A stretch of DNA of 64,000 nt, taken from NCBI GenBank assembly GCA_964016885.1, contig OZ024758.1, positions 10,106,001-10,170,000 on the forward strand, written 5' to 3'. The notes beneath the pieces are model-generated. The model saw nothing but the letters and a program-made list of their open reading frames with translations. It ran no database searches and was not told the DNA's origin. Source of the DNA: Eledone cirrhosa (Eukaryota). The translations under genes and the position numbers were made by a program. This document shows, piece after piece, positions 39,501 through 48,267 of the stretch (positions within the stretch are counted from its first letter, which is position 1; each line of letters starts with the position of its first letter).

Positions 39501-40018
39501 TCGAATCGGCCGATTAACCCCTTAAGGCTGTTACACCCCCCTCTATCGGGACATGCCCCTACATAGTCCCAACGTGCATCTAGGATACCATTCCAGTCCC
39601 CCACTAAAAGCAAGGAGCGGGACGTCCCTAGAAAAGTCTCCAGACGATGGAAGAAGTCCGACCGCATTGCCCCAAAAGGGGCGTATACGGCGACAAGCCT
39701 AAAAGCTTCGCCTTCGCCATTGCCAAGGTCCAGAACCACGAGTCGACCCTCCGGGTCCAAGTGTACCGTCTGTGTAGCGAGACCCAGATGTTTTTGCAGC
39801 AGAACGACAACCCCACCCCCACCTCCGGGCTGACAGAGAGATGCGTGCATCTCAAAGTCATCAAAGGTGGGGGTTAGCTGTCGCATGCTGCTGATCCGGG
39901 CCTCGCAAATAACCATCACATTTACACATTGTGACCTGAGGTCACTTAGAAGTTTAGCTTGCTTCCAAGGTGAGCCCAGGCCACGCGCATTTAGACAACC
40001 CACTCTTAAGACAGCCAT
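36581..40018 (-). CDS. Tx1-like ORF2: APE endonuclease, reverse transcriptase, C-terminal zinc finger (1145 aa, intact)
   Basis: LNARGL, ICE, GDWN, LDR, SDH (APE); WKLN, SPGLDGLP, NFRPITLLN, DQSKAFDRVDH, QGCPLS, YADD (RT); GGLG and CPRC-x8-H-x4-C. Confidence 0.97.
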   Translation of the reverse strand: MAVLRVGCLNARGLGSPWKQAKLLSDLRSQCVNVMVICEARISSMRQLTPTFDDFEMHASLCQPGGGGGVVVLLQKHLGLATQTVHLDPEGRLVVLDLGNGEGEAFRLVAVYAPFGAMRSDFFHRLETFLGTSRSLLLVGDWNGILDARWDYVGACPDRGGCNSLKGLIGRFDLADRYRLDFPTVPTWTWSNNSGQSRSYLDRFLVRIKDRDFLSCPEMLMVGYSDHKLVTCVVHLDRTHRQGPGYWKLNLSLPASRAYRDRIRTLVKEQLTGAIVNNRWWGSLKREIRVVSIGVSKELASDRNRKERELVVNVEEAMRSGNVARVQASRTVLNQFFDAKHEGCVVRSKIRALGNEGTKAVSWARVTEAKSGIKSTIRSLRDQDGRLILEPKQMCEAFQRHFAELFGRGGEPVGDVDFGPYLDGLPRLSDREARSCDGPISAAEIGDVLSLCGKRKSPGLDGLPYELYINMPDLFPDLLEAVYCNWQQNGRIPCSVTKGVVSLVRKDENKGDDISNFRPITLLNAELKILAKVLAKRLALVVGGLVGDAQTCAIPSRSIHDNLHLMRYIIERVGNEPGFGGALINLDQSKAFDRVDHGYLDAVLAAAGFGPVFRGWITAMHSSRICSRVKVNGYLSEPFEITRSIRQGCPLSSLLYVLTLEPLLRKLELLQGIPLEPGLRKAVSAYADDVTVMVSTASEIEAIGTLLEEYERLTGAKLNRDKSVALQLGEWRGKAMSCDGIVGRWTEGPVKLLGVWFGPDLQVEKNWGEVTNRVFALTQKWAECKLSLKGRAEVANAYIASVIYYRLTVVPCPGEILAKMERALFYFLWKKRSPLVRRSICCQHPLKGGLGMPWLKMRKHALRLRHLHVFLTGQPVWAPFVRRAFPRLVSLTELQSWVKQRPRKLGDWHTECAQALTALWQADPAIDGDSTSSFYRGLVVSGCDDALGEALGMEEDELASLFGRTFGPGPMDNFQKSLAWQCYRGALPVRDKLYRHGRPGRDPSKKICPRCVRDEETVAHALVHCPGVADLWGYVERLLSRVGPIRLTTESIVTIKPPPPFKNEGEAVFLCVIAMVKEAIWWTRLKGLRSDTFLSGQQLVLFFRYHFGRRIRMEREVLHSSQFYERWVKVARMARVNGPSLYLSL

Positions 40019-40041
40019 GTTGGTGGCAAAGAAAGAGGCAC

Positions 40042-41798
40042 TTACCTCTCTGCGTCCCGGGGTTCGGGTCGCTCAGTTTCCATGGGGCTGGTGGCGGGGT
40101 TGATGGGTGGGGTGGTGGTTTGTGGTGGTGTGGGGGTATTGGTGTGTGGAGGGGTTGGGATCTTTGGAGTTGTGTGGGTGTTTGAGGAGGGGAGGGGAAA
40201 ACCTTTCAGGAGGACGCGGTTGAGTGGCCTGGTGCAGGGTGGGCCCACGTCCTCAGGGTACATGTCTTTTAAAGTTTTAAAAATGTCAAGTGGGATTTTC
40301 ACCATTTTCAGGTTAGGGAGCCCCATTGCCGTTACGAAATTCGGCCCTTCGGTTTGTATCGAAGGGTTGGTTTCTATTTTTAAAGTTAGGTTTTCATTGT
40401 TTTTGTTTATGTATGTGTAGAGTTTTTGTGTTGTTGTGTTTGTTTTTGCTTGTTGTTGTTGAGTGAGTTTGCGTTTTATTGTCTGTGTTGTGTTGTCAGG
40501 TGGGGTTATTTTTGTTGTTGTGGTGTGTGTACGTTTTTTTCTTTTCACTTTTTGGAAGGGAGCCCCCTCGTCTTCCGACGATATGAGCTCCTCTTCCGTA
40601 TTGGAGGGGAGGGGTATATCTCCGGGTTGTGTATGAACTGTTTTTGTATTTGTGTTCTGTGGGGTGGGGCTGGGTGGGACCGTGTTTTGGGTTGTTTTCT
40701 TGAGCTGTTGTTGATGTTGTTGTTGTTGTGGTGGTGGTGGTGGTGTTGTTGTTGGTTTTTGTTGTTCTGGTGGTGATGGTAGTGTATTTTGTTGTTTTTG
40801 TGATGGTGGTGCTGGTTGTTTTTGTTGTTGTTGTGGTGTTTGTAGCAGTGGTTTTTTTGTTGTTAGTAGAGGGCAGGCCGTCCTCAGGTGACCTCTGCCA
40901 GCGCAGTGGTAACATGAGGGTCTCCTGCCTTCCACTGTGATATTTATGTAGGTTCGCCCATCCAGTAGCACTCGGTCGGGTATTCCGGAGATTCTCTCAG
41001 GTGTCATCTGTAAGAGAACCTCCAGACTTTTCCCCCCGAACAGTCCACTGGTGGACTCCCCTGCTGAAATTAGTATGTCCTTATCTAGGTCGGTAAATCC
41101 TGTTAGGACGGACCAGATGTTAATTTCTGGCGTAGGGCTCCACATTCTTATCCTTTGTGTTCTTCTTCCTTTATATGTGGGGAAGAAGGTGTATTGTGGT
41201 GACACTATAGGTGCCACCGAATATTTCTGAGCCAGCATTTCGTCCTTCATTCGGACCATAATGCTGGCATACAGCTTTCCTCTTTGAATAAAGAGTATGT
41301 CATTTTTAATTTCTTTCAGAACCAGCTCGATTTGACTTTCGGTCAATTGCGCTGGCTTTCTCGTTTCGTTGGTTATGGTTCTGAAGCTTACGGTATTCTT
41401 GTAAATCTGTTCACGCACTTCTTCTGGGGAGTTGATCGTAAAAGAACCATCCACCCCAAAAGATACGTATTTTCTAGCCTCTAGCAAATTTTCCTTGGCG
41501 TTCGTGATGTCAATGGCTTTGTACTCCGTGGCTCTCTTGAGTGTTTGGGCAAAAGAAATTTTGTCTTTGTTTGTTGTTGTAATGTTGTTGGTTTCCTTAT
41601 TTGTGGTGTTATTTTTTCTTGAAAATTAATTTTTTCATTTGAATTGAAATTCTTTTTTTCATTGGAGAGGAGGGGTTGTTCAACAGTTTGAACTGTTGTT
41701 CCCTCTTTCCCGCTTGTTTTTTTGGTCGGCGTGGCGTTCGCTTCCAATATGGCGATATCGTTTTCGACGATATCGTTATCAACGATATCGATAAACAT
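40042..41798 (-). pseudogene. ORF1 (gag-like, CCHC knuckle) of copy 1 with a 1-bp frameshift
   Basis: Colinear with copy 2 ORF1, but the T-run at 41612-41617 has 6 T versus 7; splits into 105-aa and 481-aa ORFs; could be a homopolymer error. Confidence 0.85.
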
Positions 41799-41972
41799 TT
41801 CTCAAATATTTATTTTTCACCCCAAAAGGGGTGAAAATATATTTACCCGACGTCTAGAGTCCCAGACTAGGGGTTACAGTTAATTATACAAAATAATTCA
41901 AAAAAATCCACTCACAAAATTAGCAGGTAAAAATCCAAATCACAGAGCGATATGACACACGTCTACTATCCT

Positions 41973-42183
41973 CAGACAGAGAGACAGACAGACAGACAGG
42001 CAAGCAGACGACAGACAGGCAGACAGACAGACAGGCAAGCAGACGACAGACAGACAGACAAACAGGCAAGCAGACGACAGACAGGCAGACAGACAGACAG
42101 GCAAGCAGACGACAGACAGACAGACAGACAGGCAAGCAGACGACAGACAGGCAGACAGGCAGACAGGCAAGCAGACGACAGAC
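41973..42183. repeat. GACA/GGCA satellite spacer between the two elements (211 bp)
   Basis: GCAAGCAGACGACAGACAG units separated by GACA/GGCA runs. Confidence 0.97.
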
Positions 42184-42408
42184 AAATTTCTGTTTATTTG
42201 CCACTAGGGCACAAAAGAAAGGGACATGTACATGGGTGGGGGGAGTTTACATAAAAATCGAGTAAGAAAAATATAACAAACAAAATAATAACAAGAAGGT
42301 CCTCAATAGGGAGGGATCGTTTTGGGGTCACACACACCCCCGAAAAAAAGTGTGCGACCCTTCTCCACGGGAGCACAAAGAGAGGGTGCTCCCTTCTTTC
42401 TGTTCCAC

Positions 42409-45400
42409 CTACAGGCTGAGGTAGAGAGAAGGCCCATTCACACGGGCCATTCTCGCAACTTTCACCCATCTTTCATAAAACTGGCTGGAGTGGAGCACCT
42501 CTCTCTCCATCCTGATCCTTCTTCCGAAATGGTATCGGAAGAAAAGGACCAGTTGTTGGCCGGAGAGAAAGGTGTCCGACCTCAGCCCTTTCAGACGCGT
42601 CCACCATATAGCCTCTTTTACCATGGCTATTACACAGAGGAAGACCGCCTCTCCTTCATTTTTGAAGGGGGGAGGCGGCTTGATCGTTACAATGGACTCG
42701 GTGGTGAACCTAATTGGTCCCACCCGTGACAACAGTCGTTCGACATAGCCCCACAGATCGGCAACGCCCGGGCAGTGCACCAATGCGTGCGCGACGGTTT
42801 CCTCGTCGCGCACGCATCTGGGACAGATCTTTTTCGAGGGGTCCCTACCCGGGCGCCCGTGTCTGTAGAGCTTATCCCGAACGGGCAGAGCCCCTCGGTA
42901 GCACTGCCAGGCCAAGGACTTCTGGAAGTTGTCCATAGGTCCCGGGCCGAAAGTCCTACCGAATAGACTGGCCAGTTCGTCCTCCTCCATGCCTAGGGCT
43001 TCTCCGAGGGCGTCGTCGCACCCGCTAACCACCAGCCCTCTATAGAATGACGAGGTGGAGTCTCCGTCGATAGCCGGGTCCGCCTGCCAGAGAGCCGTGA
43101 GCGCCTGGGCACACTCGGTGTGCCAGTCGCCCAGTTTTCTCGGTCTTTGCTTCACCCAGGACTGCAGCTCGGTGAGCGAGACGAGCCTCGGGAAGGCTCG
43201 CCTCACAAACGGGGCCCACACCGGTTGACCGGTGAGGAATACGTGGAGGTGCCTTAGCCTCAATGCGTGTTTACGCATTTTTAGCCACGGCATCCCCAGC
43301 CCTCCTTTCAAAGGGTGTTGACAGCAGATGGATCTCCTCACCAGAGGAGACCTCTTCTTCCAAAGGAAATAAAAGAGGGCGCGCTCCATTTTGGCGAGGA
43401 TCTCACCCGGGCAAGGCACGACAGTCAAGCGGTAATAGATGACGGACGCTATGTAAGCATTCGCCACCTCCGCCCGACCTTTTAGGGATAGTTTGCACTC
43501 GGCCCACTTCTGGGTCAGTGCAAACACCCTATTCGTCACCTCACCCCAGTTTTTCTCCACCTGGAGGTCCGGTCCGAACCAGACCCCAAGCAACTTCACC
43601 GGGCCCTCCGTCCACCGTCCGACGATACCGTCGCACGACATCGCTTTGCCCCTCCACTCGCCGAGTTGCAAAGCGACTGACTTGTCCCGGTTCAGCTTAG
43701 CCCCTGTCAACCTTTCGTACTCCTCTAGTAAGGTGCCGATTGCCTCGATTTCCGAGGCGGTCGACACCATTACTGTTACGTCATCGGCGTAGGCCGACAC
43801 CGCTTTGCGCAATCCCGGTTCCAAAGGGATGCCCTGCAACAACTCCAACTTCCGCAGTAATGGCTCGAGAGTCAACACATACAGAAGGGAGGAGAGAGGG
43901 CACCCCTGTCGGATGGAGCGGGTGATTTCGAACGGCTCCGAAAGGTAGCCGTTCACCTTGACTCTAGAGCAGATGCGGCTGCTGTGCATGGCAGTGATCC
44001 AGCCCCTGAAAACGGGTCCGAACCCAGCCGCCGCTAGCACCGCATCCAGGTAACCATGGTCCACTCTATCGAACGCTTTAGACTGATCTAAATTTATCAG
44101 GGCCCCACCAAAGCCGGGTTCGTTCCCAACCCTCTCTATGATGTATCGCATGAGGTGGAGGTTGTCGTGGATGGACCTGGACGGGATAGCGCATGTCTGC
44201 GCATCTCCCACCAGTCCCCCCACGACAAGCGCCAACCTCTTCGCTAACACCTTCGCCAAAATCTTTAACTCTGCATTTAGCAGAGTTATGGGCCTAAAAT
44301 TACTAATGTCATCCCCCTTGTTCTCGTCCTTCCTCACTAGCGAGACTACGCCCTTGGTCACAGAACAGGGAATTCTCCCGTTCTGTTGCCAGTTGCAGTA
44401 GACCGCCTCGAGGAGATCGGGGAACAAGTCCGGCATATTAATATATAGTTCGTAGGGCAGACCATCGAGTCCTGGAGATTTGCGTTTGCCGCATAGGCTC
44501 AGCACGTCCCCTATTTCAGCAGCTGAGATCGGCCCGTCGCAGGACCTCGCCTCCCTGTCCGAAAGACGCGGCAGGCCGTCGAGGTATGGACCGAAATCCA
44601 CATCTCCAACCGGCTCCCCGCCCCTCCCGAACAATTGGGCAAAGTGCCTTTGAAAGGCCTCGCACATTTGCTTAGGTTCAAGGATCAGCCGTCCATCCTG
44701 GTCTCGCAAAGACCGGATAGTGGATTTAATCCCACTTTTCGCTTCTGTCACGCGGGCCCAGCTAACAGCTTTGGTCCCCTCGTTTCCCAGAGCACGTATT
44801 TTGCTTCGGACAACGCAGCCTTCGTGTTTCGCGTCGAAGAACTGGTTCAAGACCGTTCTCGACGCTTGCACTCTGGCCACGTTGCCGCTTCTCATTGCCT
44901 CTTCAACATTAACTACCAACTCCCTTTCCTTCCTATTTCTATCTGAGGCTAACTCCTTACTAACTCCTATTGAAACTACTCTAATCTCTCTTTTTAGAGA
45001 GCCCCACCACCTGTTGTTGACGATGGCGCCCGTCAACTGCTCCTTAACTAAGGTTCTAATCCGGTCCCTGTAAGCTCTACTTGCCGGTAAGGACAAGTTG
45101 AGCTTCCAGTAACCGGGCCCCTGCCTATGCGTTCTATCAAGGTGGACTACGCAGGTCACTAACTTGTGGTCTGAATAGCCCACCATGAGCATTTCTGGAC
45201 AACTTAAAAAGTCCCTATCCTTAATTCTAACTAAGAACCTATCTAGGTACGATCTAGATTGACCACTGTTATTTGACCAGGTCCAGGTTGGTACAGTCGG
45301 AAAATCTAGTCGGTATCTATCGGCCAGGTCGAATCGGCCGATTAACCCCTTAAGGCTGTTACACCCCCCTCTATCGGGACATGCCCCTACATAGTCCCAA

Positions 45401-45846
45401 CGTGCATCTAGGATACCATTCCAGTCCCCCACTAAAAGCAAGGAGCGGGACGTCCCTAGAAAAGTCTCCAGACGATGGAAGAAGTCCGACCGCATTGCCC
45501 CAAAAGGGGCGTATACGGCGACAAGCCTAAAAGCTTCGCCTTCGCCATTGCCAAGGTCCAGAACCACGAGTCGACCCTCCGGGTCCAAGTGTACCGTCTG
45601 TGTAGCGAGACCCAGATGTTTTTGCAGCAGAACGACAACCCCACCCCCACCTCCGGGCTGACAGAGAGATGCGTGCATCTCAAAGTCATCAAAGGTGGGG
45701 GTTAGCTGTCGCATGCTGCTGATCCGGGCCTCGCAAATAACCATCACATTTACACATTGTGACCTGAGGTCACTTAGAAGTTTAGCTTGCTTCCAAGGTG
45801 AGCCCAGGCCACGCGCATTTAGACAACCCACTCTTAAGACAGCCAT
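42409..45846 (-). CDS. Tx1-like ORF2: APE-RT-zinc finger (1145 aa, intact)
   Basis: Same motifs as copy 1; two amino-acid differences seen (FAEL/FAQL, IRLT/IRFT). Confidence 0.97.
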   Translation of the reverse strand: MAVLRVGCLNARGLGSPWKQAKLLSDLRSQCVNVMVICEARISSMRQLTPTFDDFEMHASLCQPGGGGGVVVLLQKHLGLATQTVHLDPEGRLVVLDLGNGEGEAFRLVAVYAPFGAMRSDFFHRLETFLGTSRSLLLVGDWNGILDARWDYVGACPDRGGCNSLKGLIGRFDLADRYRLDFPTVPTWTWSNNSGQSRSYLDRFLVRIKDRDFLSCPEMLMVGYSDHKLVTCVVHLDRTHRQGPGYWKLNLSLPASRAYRDRIRTLVKEQLTGAIVNNRWWGSLKREIRVVSIGVSKELASDRNRKERELVVNVEEAMRSGNVARVQASRTVLNQFFDAKHEGCVVRSKIRALGNEGTKAVSWARVTEAKSGIKSTIRSLRDQDGRLILEPKQMCEAFQRHFAQLFGRGGEPVGDVDFGPYLDGLPRLSDREARSCDGPISAAEIGDVLSLCGKRKSPGLDGLPYELYINMPDLFPDLLEAVYCNWQQNGRIPCSVTKGVVSLVRKDENKGDDISNFRPITLLNAELKILAKVLAKRLALVVGGLVGDAQTCAIPSRSIHDNLHLMRYIIERVGNEPGFGGALINLDQSKAFDRVDHGYLDAVLAAAGFGPVFRGWITAMHSSRICSRVKVNGYLSEPFEITRSIRQGCPLSSLLYVLTLEPLLRKLELLQGIPLEPGLRKAVSAYADDVTVMVSTASEIEAIGTLLEEYERLTGAKLNRDKSVALQLGEWRGKAMSCDGIVGRWTEGPVKLLGVWFGPDLQVEKNWGEVTNRVFALTQKWAECKLSLKGRAEVANAYIASVIYYRLTVVPCPGEILAKMERALFYFLWKKRSPLVRRSICCQHPLKGGLGMPWLKMRKHALRLRHLHVFLTGQPVWAPFVRRAFPRLVSLTELQSWVKQRPRKLGDWHTECAQALTALWQADPAIDGDSTSSFYRGLVVSGCDDALGEALGMEEDELASLFGRTFGPGPMDNFQKSLAWQCYRGALPVRDKLYRHGRPGRDPSKKICPRCVRDEETVAHALVHCPGVADLWGYVERLLSRVGPIRFTTESIVTIKPPPPFKNEGEAVFLCVIAMVKEAIWWTRLKGLRSDTFLSGQQLVLFFRYHFGRRIRMEREVLHSSQFYERWVKVARMARVNGPSLYLSL

Positions 45847-45869
45847 GTTGGTGGCAAAGAAAGAGGCAC

Positions 45870-47621
45870 TTACCTCTCTGCGTCCCGGGGTTCGGGTCGC
45901 TCAGTTTCCATGGGGCTGGTGGCGGGGTTGATGGGTGGGGTGGTGGTTTGTGGTGGTGTGGGGGTATTGGTGTGTGGAGGGGTTGGGATCTTTGGAGTTG
46001 TGTGGGTGTTTGAGGAGGGGAGGGGAAAACCTTTCAGGAGGACGCGGTTGAGTGGCCTGGTGCAGGGTGGGCCCACGTCCTCAGGGTACATGTCTTTTAA
46101 AGTTTTAAAAATGTCAAGTGGGATTTTCACCATTTTCAGGTTAGGGAGCCCCATTGCCGTTACGAAATTCGGCCCTTCGGTTTGTATCGAAGGGTTGGTT
46201 TCTATTTTTAAAGTTAGGTTTTCATTGTTTTTGTTTATGTATGTGTAGAGTTTTTGTGTTGTTGTGTTTGTTTTTGCTTGTTGTTGTTGAGTGAGTTTGC
46301 GTTTTATTGTCTGTGTTGTGTTGTCAGGTGGGGTTATTTTTGTTGTTGTGGTGTGTGTACGTTTTTTTCTTTTCACTTTTTGGAAGGGAGCCCCCTCGTC
46401 TTCCGACGATATGAGCTCCTCTTCCGTATTGGAGGGGAGGGGTATATCTCCGGGTTGTGTATGAACTGTTTTTGTATTTGTGTTCTGTGGGGTGGGGCTG
46501 GGTGGGACCGTGTTTTGGGTTGTTTTCTTGAGCTGTTGTTGATGTTGTTGTTGTTGTGGTGGTGGTGGTGTTGTTGGTTTTTGTTGTTCTGGTGGAGATG
46601 GTAGTGTATTTTGTTGTTTTTGTGATGGTGGTGCTGGTTGTTTTTGTTGTTGTTGTGGTGTTTGTAGCAGTGGTTTTTTAGTTGTTAGTAGAGGGCAGGC
46701 CGTCCTCAGGTGACCTCTGCCAGCGCAGTGGTAACATGAGGGTCTCCTGCCTTCCACTGTGATATTTATGTAGGTTCGCCCATCCAGTAGCACTCGGTCG
46801 GGTATTCCGGAGATTCTCTCAGGTGTCATCTGTAAGAGAACCTCCAGACTTTTCCCCCCGAACAGTCCACTGGTGGACTCCCCTGCTGAAATTAGTATGT
46901 CCTTATCTAGGTCGGTAAATCCTGTTAGGACGGACCAGATGTTAATTTCTGGCGTAGGGCTCCACATTCTTATCCTTTGTGTTCTTCTTCCTTTATATGT
47001 GGGGAAGAAGGTGTATTGTGGTGACACTATAGGTGCCACCGAATATTTCTGAGCCAGCATTTCGTCCTTCATTCGGACCATAATGCTGGCATACAGCTTT
47101 CCTCTTTGAATAAAGAGTATGTCATTTTTAATTTCTTTCAGAACCAGCTCGATTTGACTTTCGGTCAATTGCGCTGGCTTTCTCGTTTCGTTGGTTATGG
47201 TTCTGTAGCTTACGGTATTCTTGTAAATCTGTTCACGCACTTCTTCTGGGGAGTTGATCGTAAAAGAACCATCCTCCCCAAAAGATACGTATTTTCTAGC
47301 CTCTAGCAAATTTTCCTTGGCGTTCGTGATGTCAATGGCTTTGTACTCCGTGGCTCTCTTGAGTGTTTGGGCAAAAGAAATTTTGTCTTTGTTTGTTGTT
47401 GTAATGTTGTTGGTTTCCTTATTTGTGGTGTTATTTTTTTCTTGAAAATTAATTTTTTCATTTGAATTGAAATTCTTTTTTTCATTGGAGAGGAGGGGTT
47501 GTTCAACAGTTTGAACTGTTGTTCCCTCTTTCCCGCTTGTTTTTTTGGTCGGCGTGGCGTTCGCTTCCAATATGGCGATATCGTTTTCGACGATATCGTT
47601 ATCAACGATATCGATAAACAT
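45870..47621 (-). CDS. ORF1 nucleic-acid-binding protein (583 aa, intact)
   Basis: CYHCAGRGHLRTAC CCHC knuckle, P/Q/T-rich disordered region, KVKRKKR NLS-like patch; ends 23 nt before the ORF2 ATG. Confidence 0.93.
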   Translation of the reverse strand: MFIDIVDNDIVENDIAILEANATPTKKTSGKEGTTVQTVEQPLLSNEKKNFNSNEKINFQEKNNTTNKETNNITTTNKDKISFAQTLKRATEYKAIDITNAKENLLEARKYVSFGEDGSFTINSPEEVREQIYKNTVSYRTITNETRKPAQLTESQIELVLKEIKNDILFIQRGKLYASIMVRMKDEMLAQKYSVAPIVSPQYTFFPTYKGRRTQRIRMWSPTPEINIWSVLTGFTDLDKDILISAGESTSGLFGGKSLEVLLQMTPERISGIPDRVLLDGRTYINITVEGRRPSCYHCAGRGHLRTACPLLTTKKPLLQTPQQQQKQPAPPSQKQQNTLPSPPEQQKPTTPPPPQQQQHQQQLKKTTQNTVPPSPTPQNTNTKTVHTQPGDIPLPSNTEEELISSEDEGAPFQKVKRKKRTHTTTTKITPPDNTTQTIKRKLTQQQQAKTNTTTQKLYTYINKNNENLTLKIETNPSIQTEGPNFVTAMGLPNLKMVKIPLDIFKTLKDMYPEDVGPPCTRPLNRVLLKGFPLPSSNTHTTPKIPTPPHTNTPTPPQTTTPPINPATSPMETERPEPRDAER

Positions 47622-47795
47622 TTCTCAAATATTTATTTTTCACCCCAAAAGGGGTGAAAATATATTTACCCGACGTCTAGAGTCCCAGACTAGGGGTTAC
47701 AGTTAATTATACAAAATAATTCAAAAAAATCCACTCACAAAATTAGCAGGTAAAAATCCAAATCACAGAGCGATATGACACACGTCTACTATCCT

Positions 47796-48182
47796 CAGAC
47801 AGACAGACAGACAGACAGACAGGCAAGCAGACGACAGACAGGCAGACAGGCAGACAGGCAAGCAGACGACAGACAGGCAGACAGGCAGACAGGCAAGCAG
47901 ACGACAGACAGGCAGACAGACAGACAGGCAAGCAGACGACAGACAGGCAGACAGGCAGACAGGCAAGCAGACGACAGACAGGCAGACAGACAGACAGGCA
48001 AGCAGACGACAGACAGGCATGCAGACGACAGACAGACAGACAGACAGGCAAGCAGACGACAGACAGGCAGACAGGCAGACAGGCAAGCAGACGACAGACA
48101 GGCAGACAGGCAGACAGGCAAGCAGACGACAGACAGGCAGACAGACAGACAGGCAAGCAGACGACAGACAGACAGACAGACA
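47796..48182. repeat. compound GACA/GGCA satellite, right segment
   Basis: GCAAGCAGACGACAGACAG units as in the spacer and left segment. Confidence 0.97.
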
Positions 48183-48267
48183 AATGATTGGTGAGAGCCA
48201 GCCAGATAGTTGAGACTTTCTAAAGAAAGTAAGAATTTATTCCACTTTACAAACCTTTGGCCAACAC

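Larger units (their letters stand above)
36356..41972 (-). mobile_element. full-length L1/Tx1-clade non-LTR retrotransposon, copy 1
   Basis: 5' UTR, ORF1, ORF2, 225-bp 3' UTR with AATAAA (36365-36370, minus); both ends abut the satellite; nearly identical to copy 2. Confidence 0.95.
42184..47795 (-). mobile_element. full-length, coding-intact L1/Tx1-clade non-LTR retrotransposon, copy 2
   Basis: Both ORFs open; same termini as copy 1 (offset 5828 at the 3' end, 5823 at the 5' end). Confidence 0.96.

Noticed and set aside
36494-39877. Short plus-strand ORFs inside the retrotransposon
   Set aside because: Antisense shadows of GC-rich ORF2 with no recognisable motifs.
36356-47795. LTR retrotransposon or telomeric HeT-A/TART array
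   Set aside because: No LTRs, protease or integrase; flanks are not TTAGGG-type and ordinary sequence continues on both sides.
47700-47800. HDV-like ribozyme at the retrotransposon 5' end
   Set aside because: Could not build the nested double pseudoknot by eye; the sequence is U-rich.
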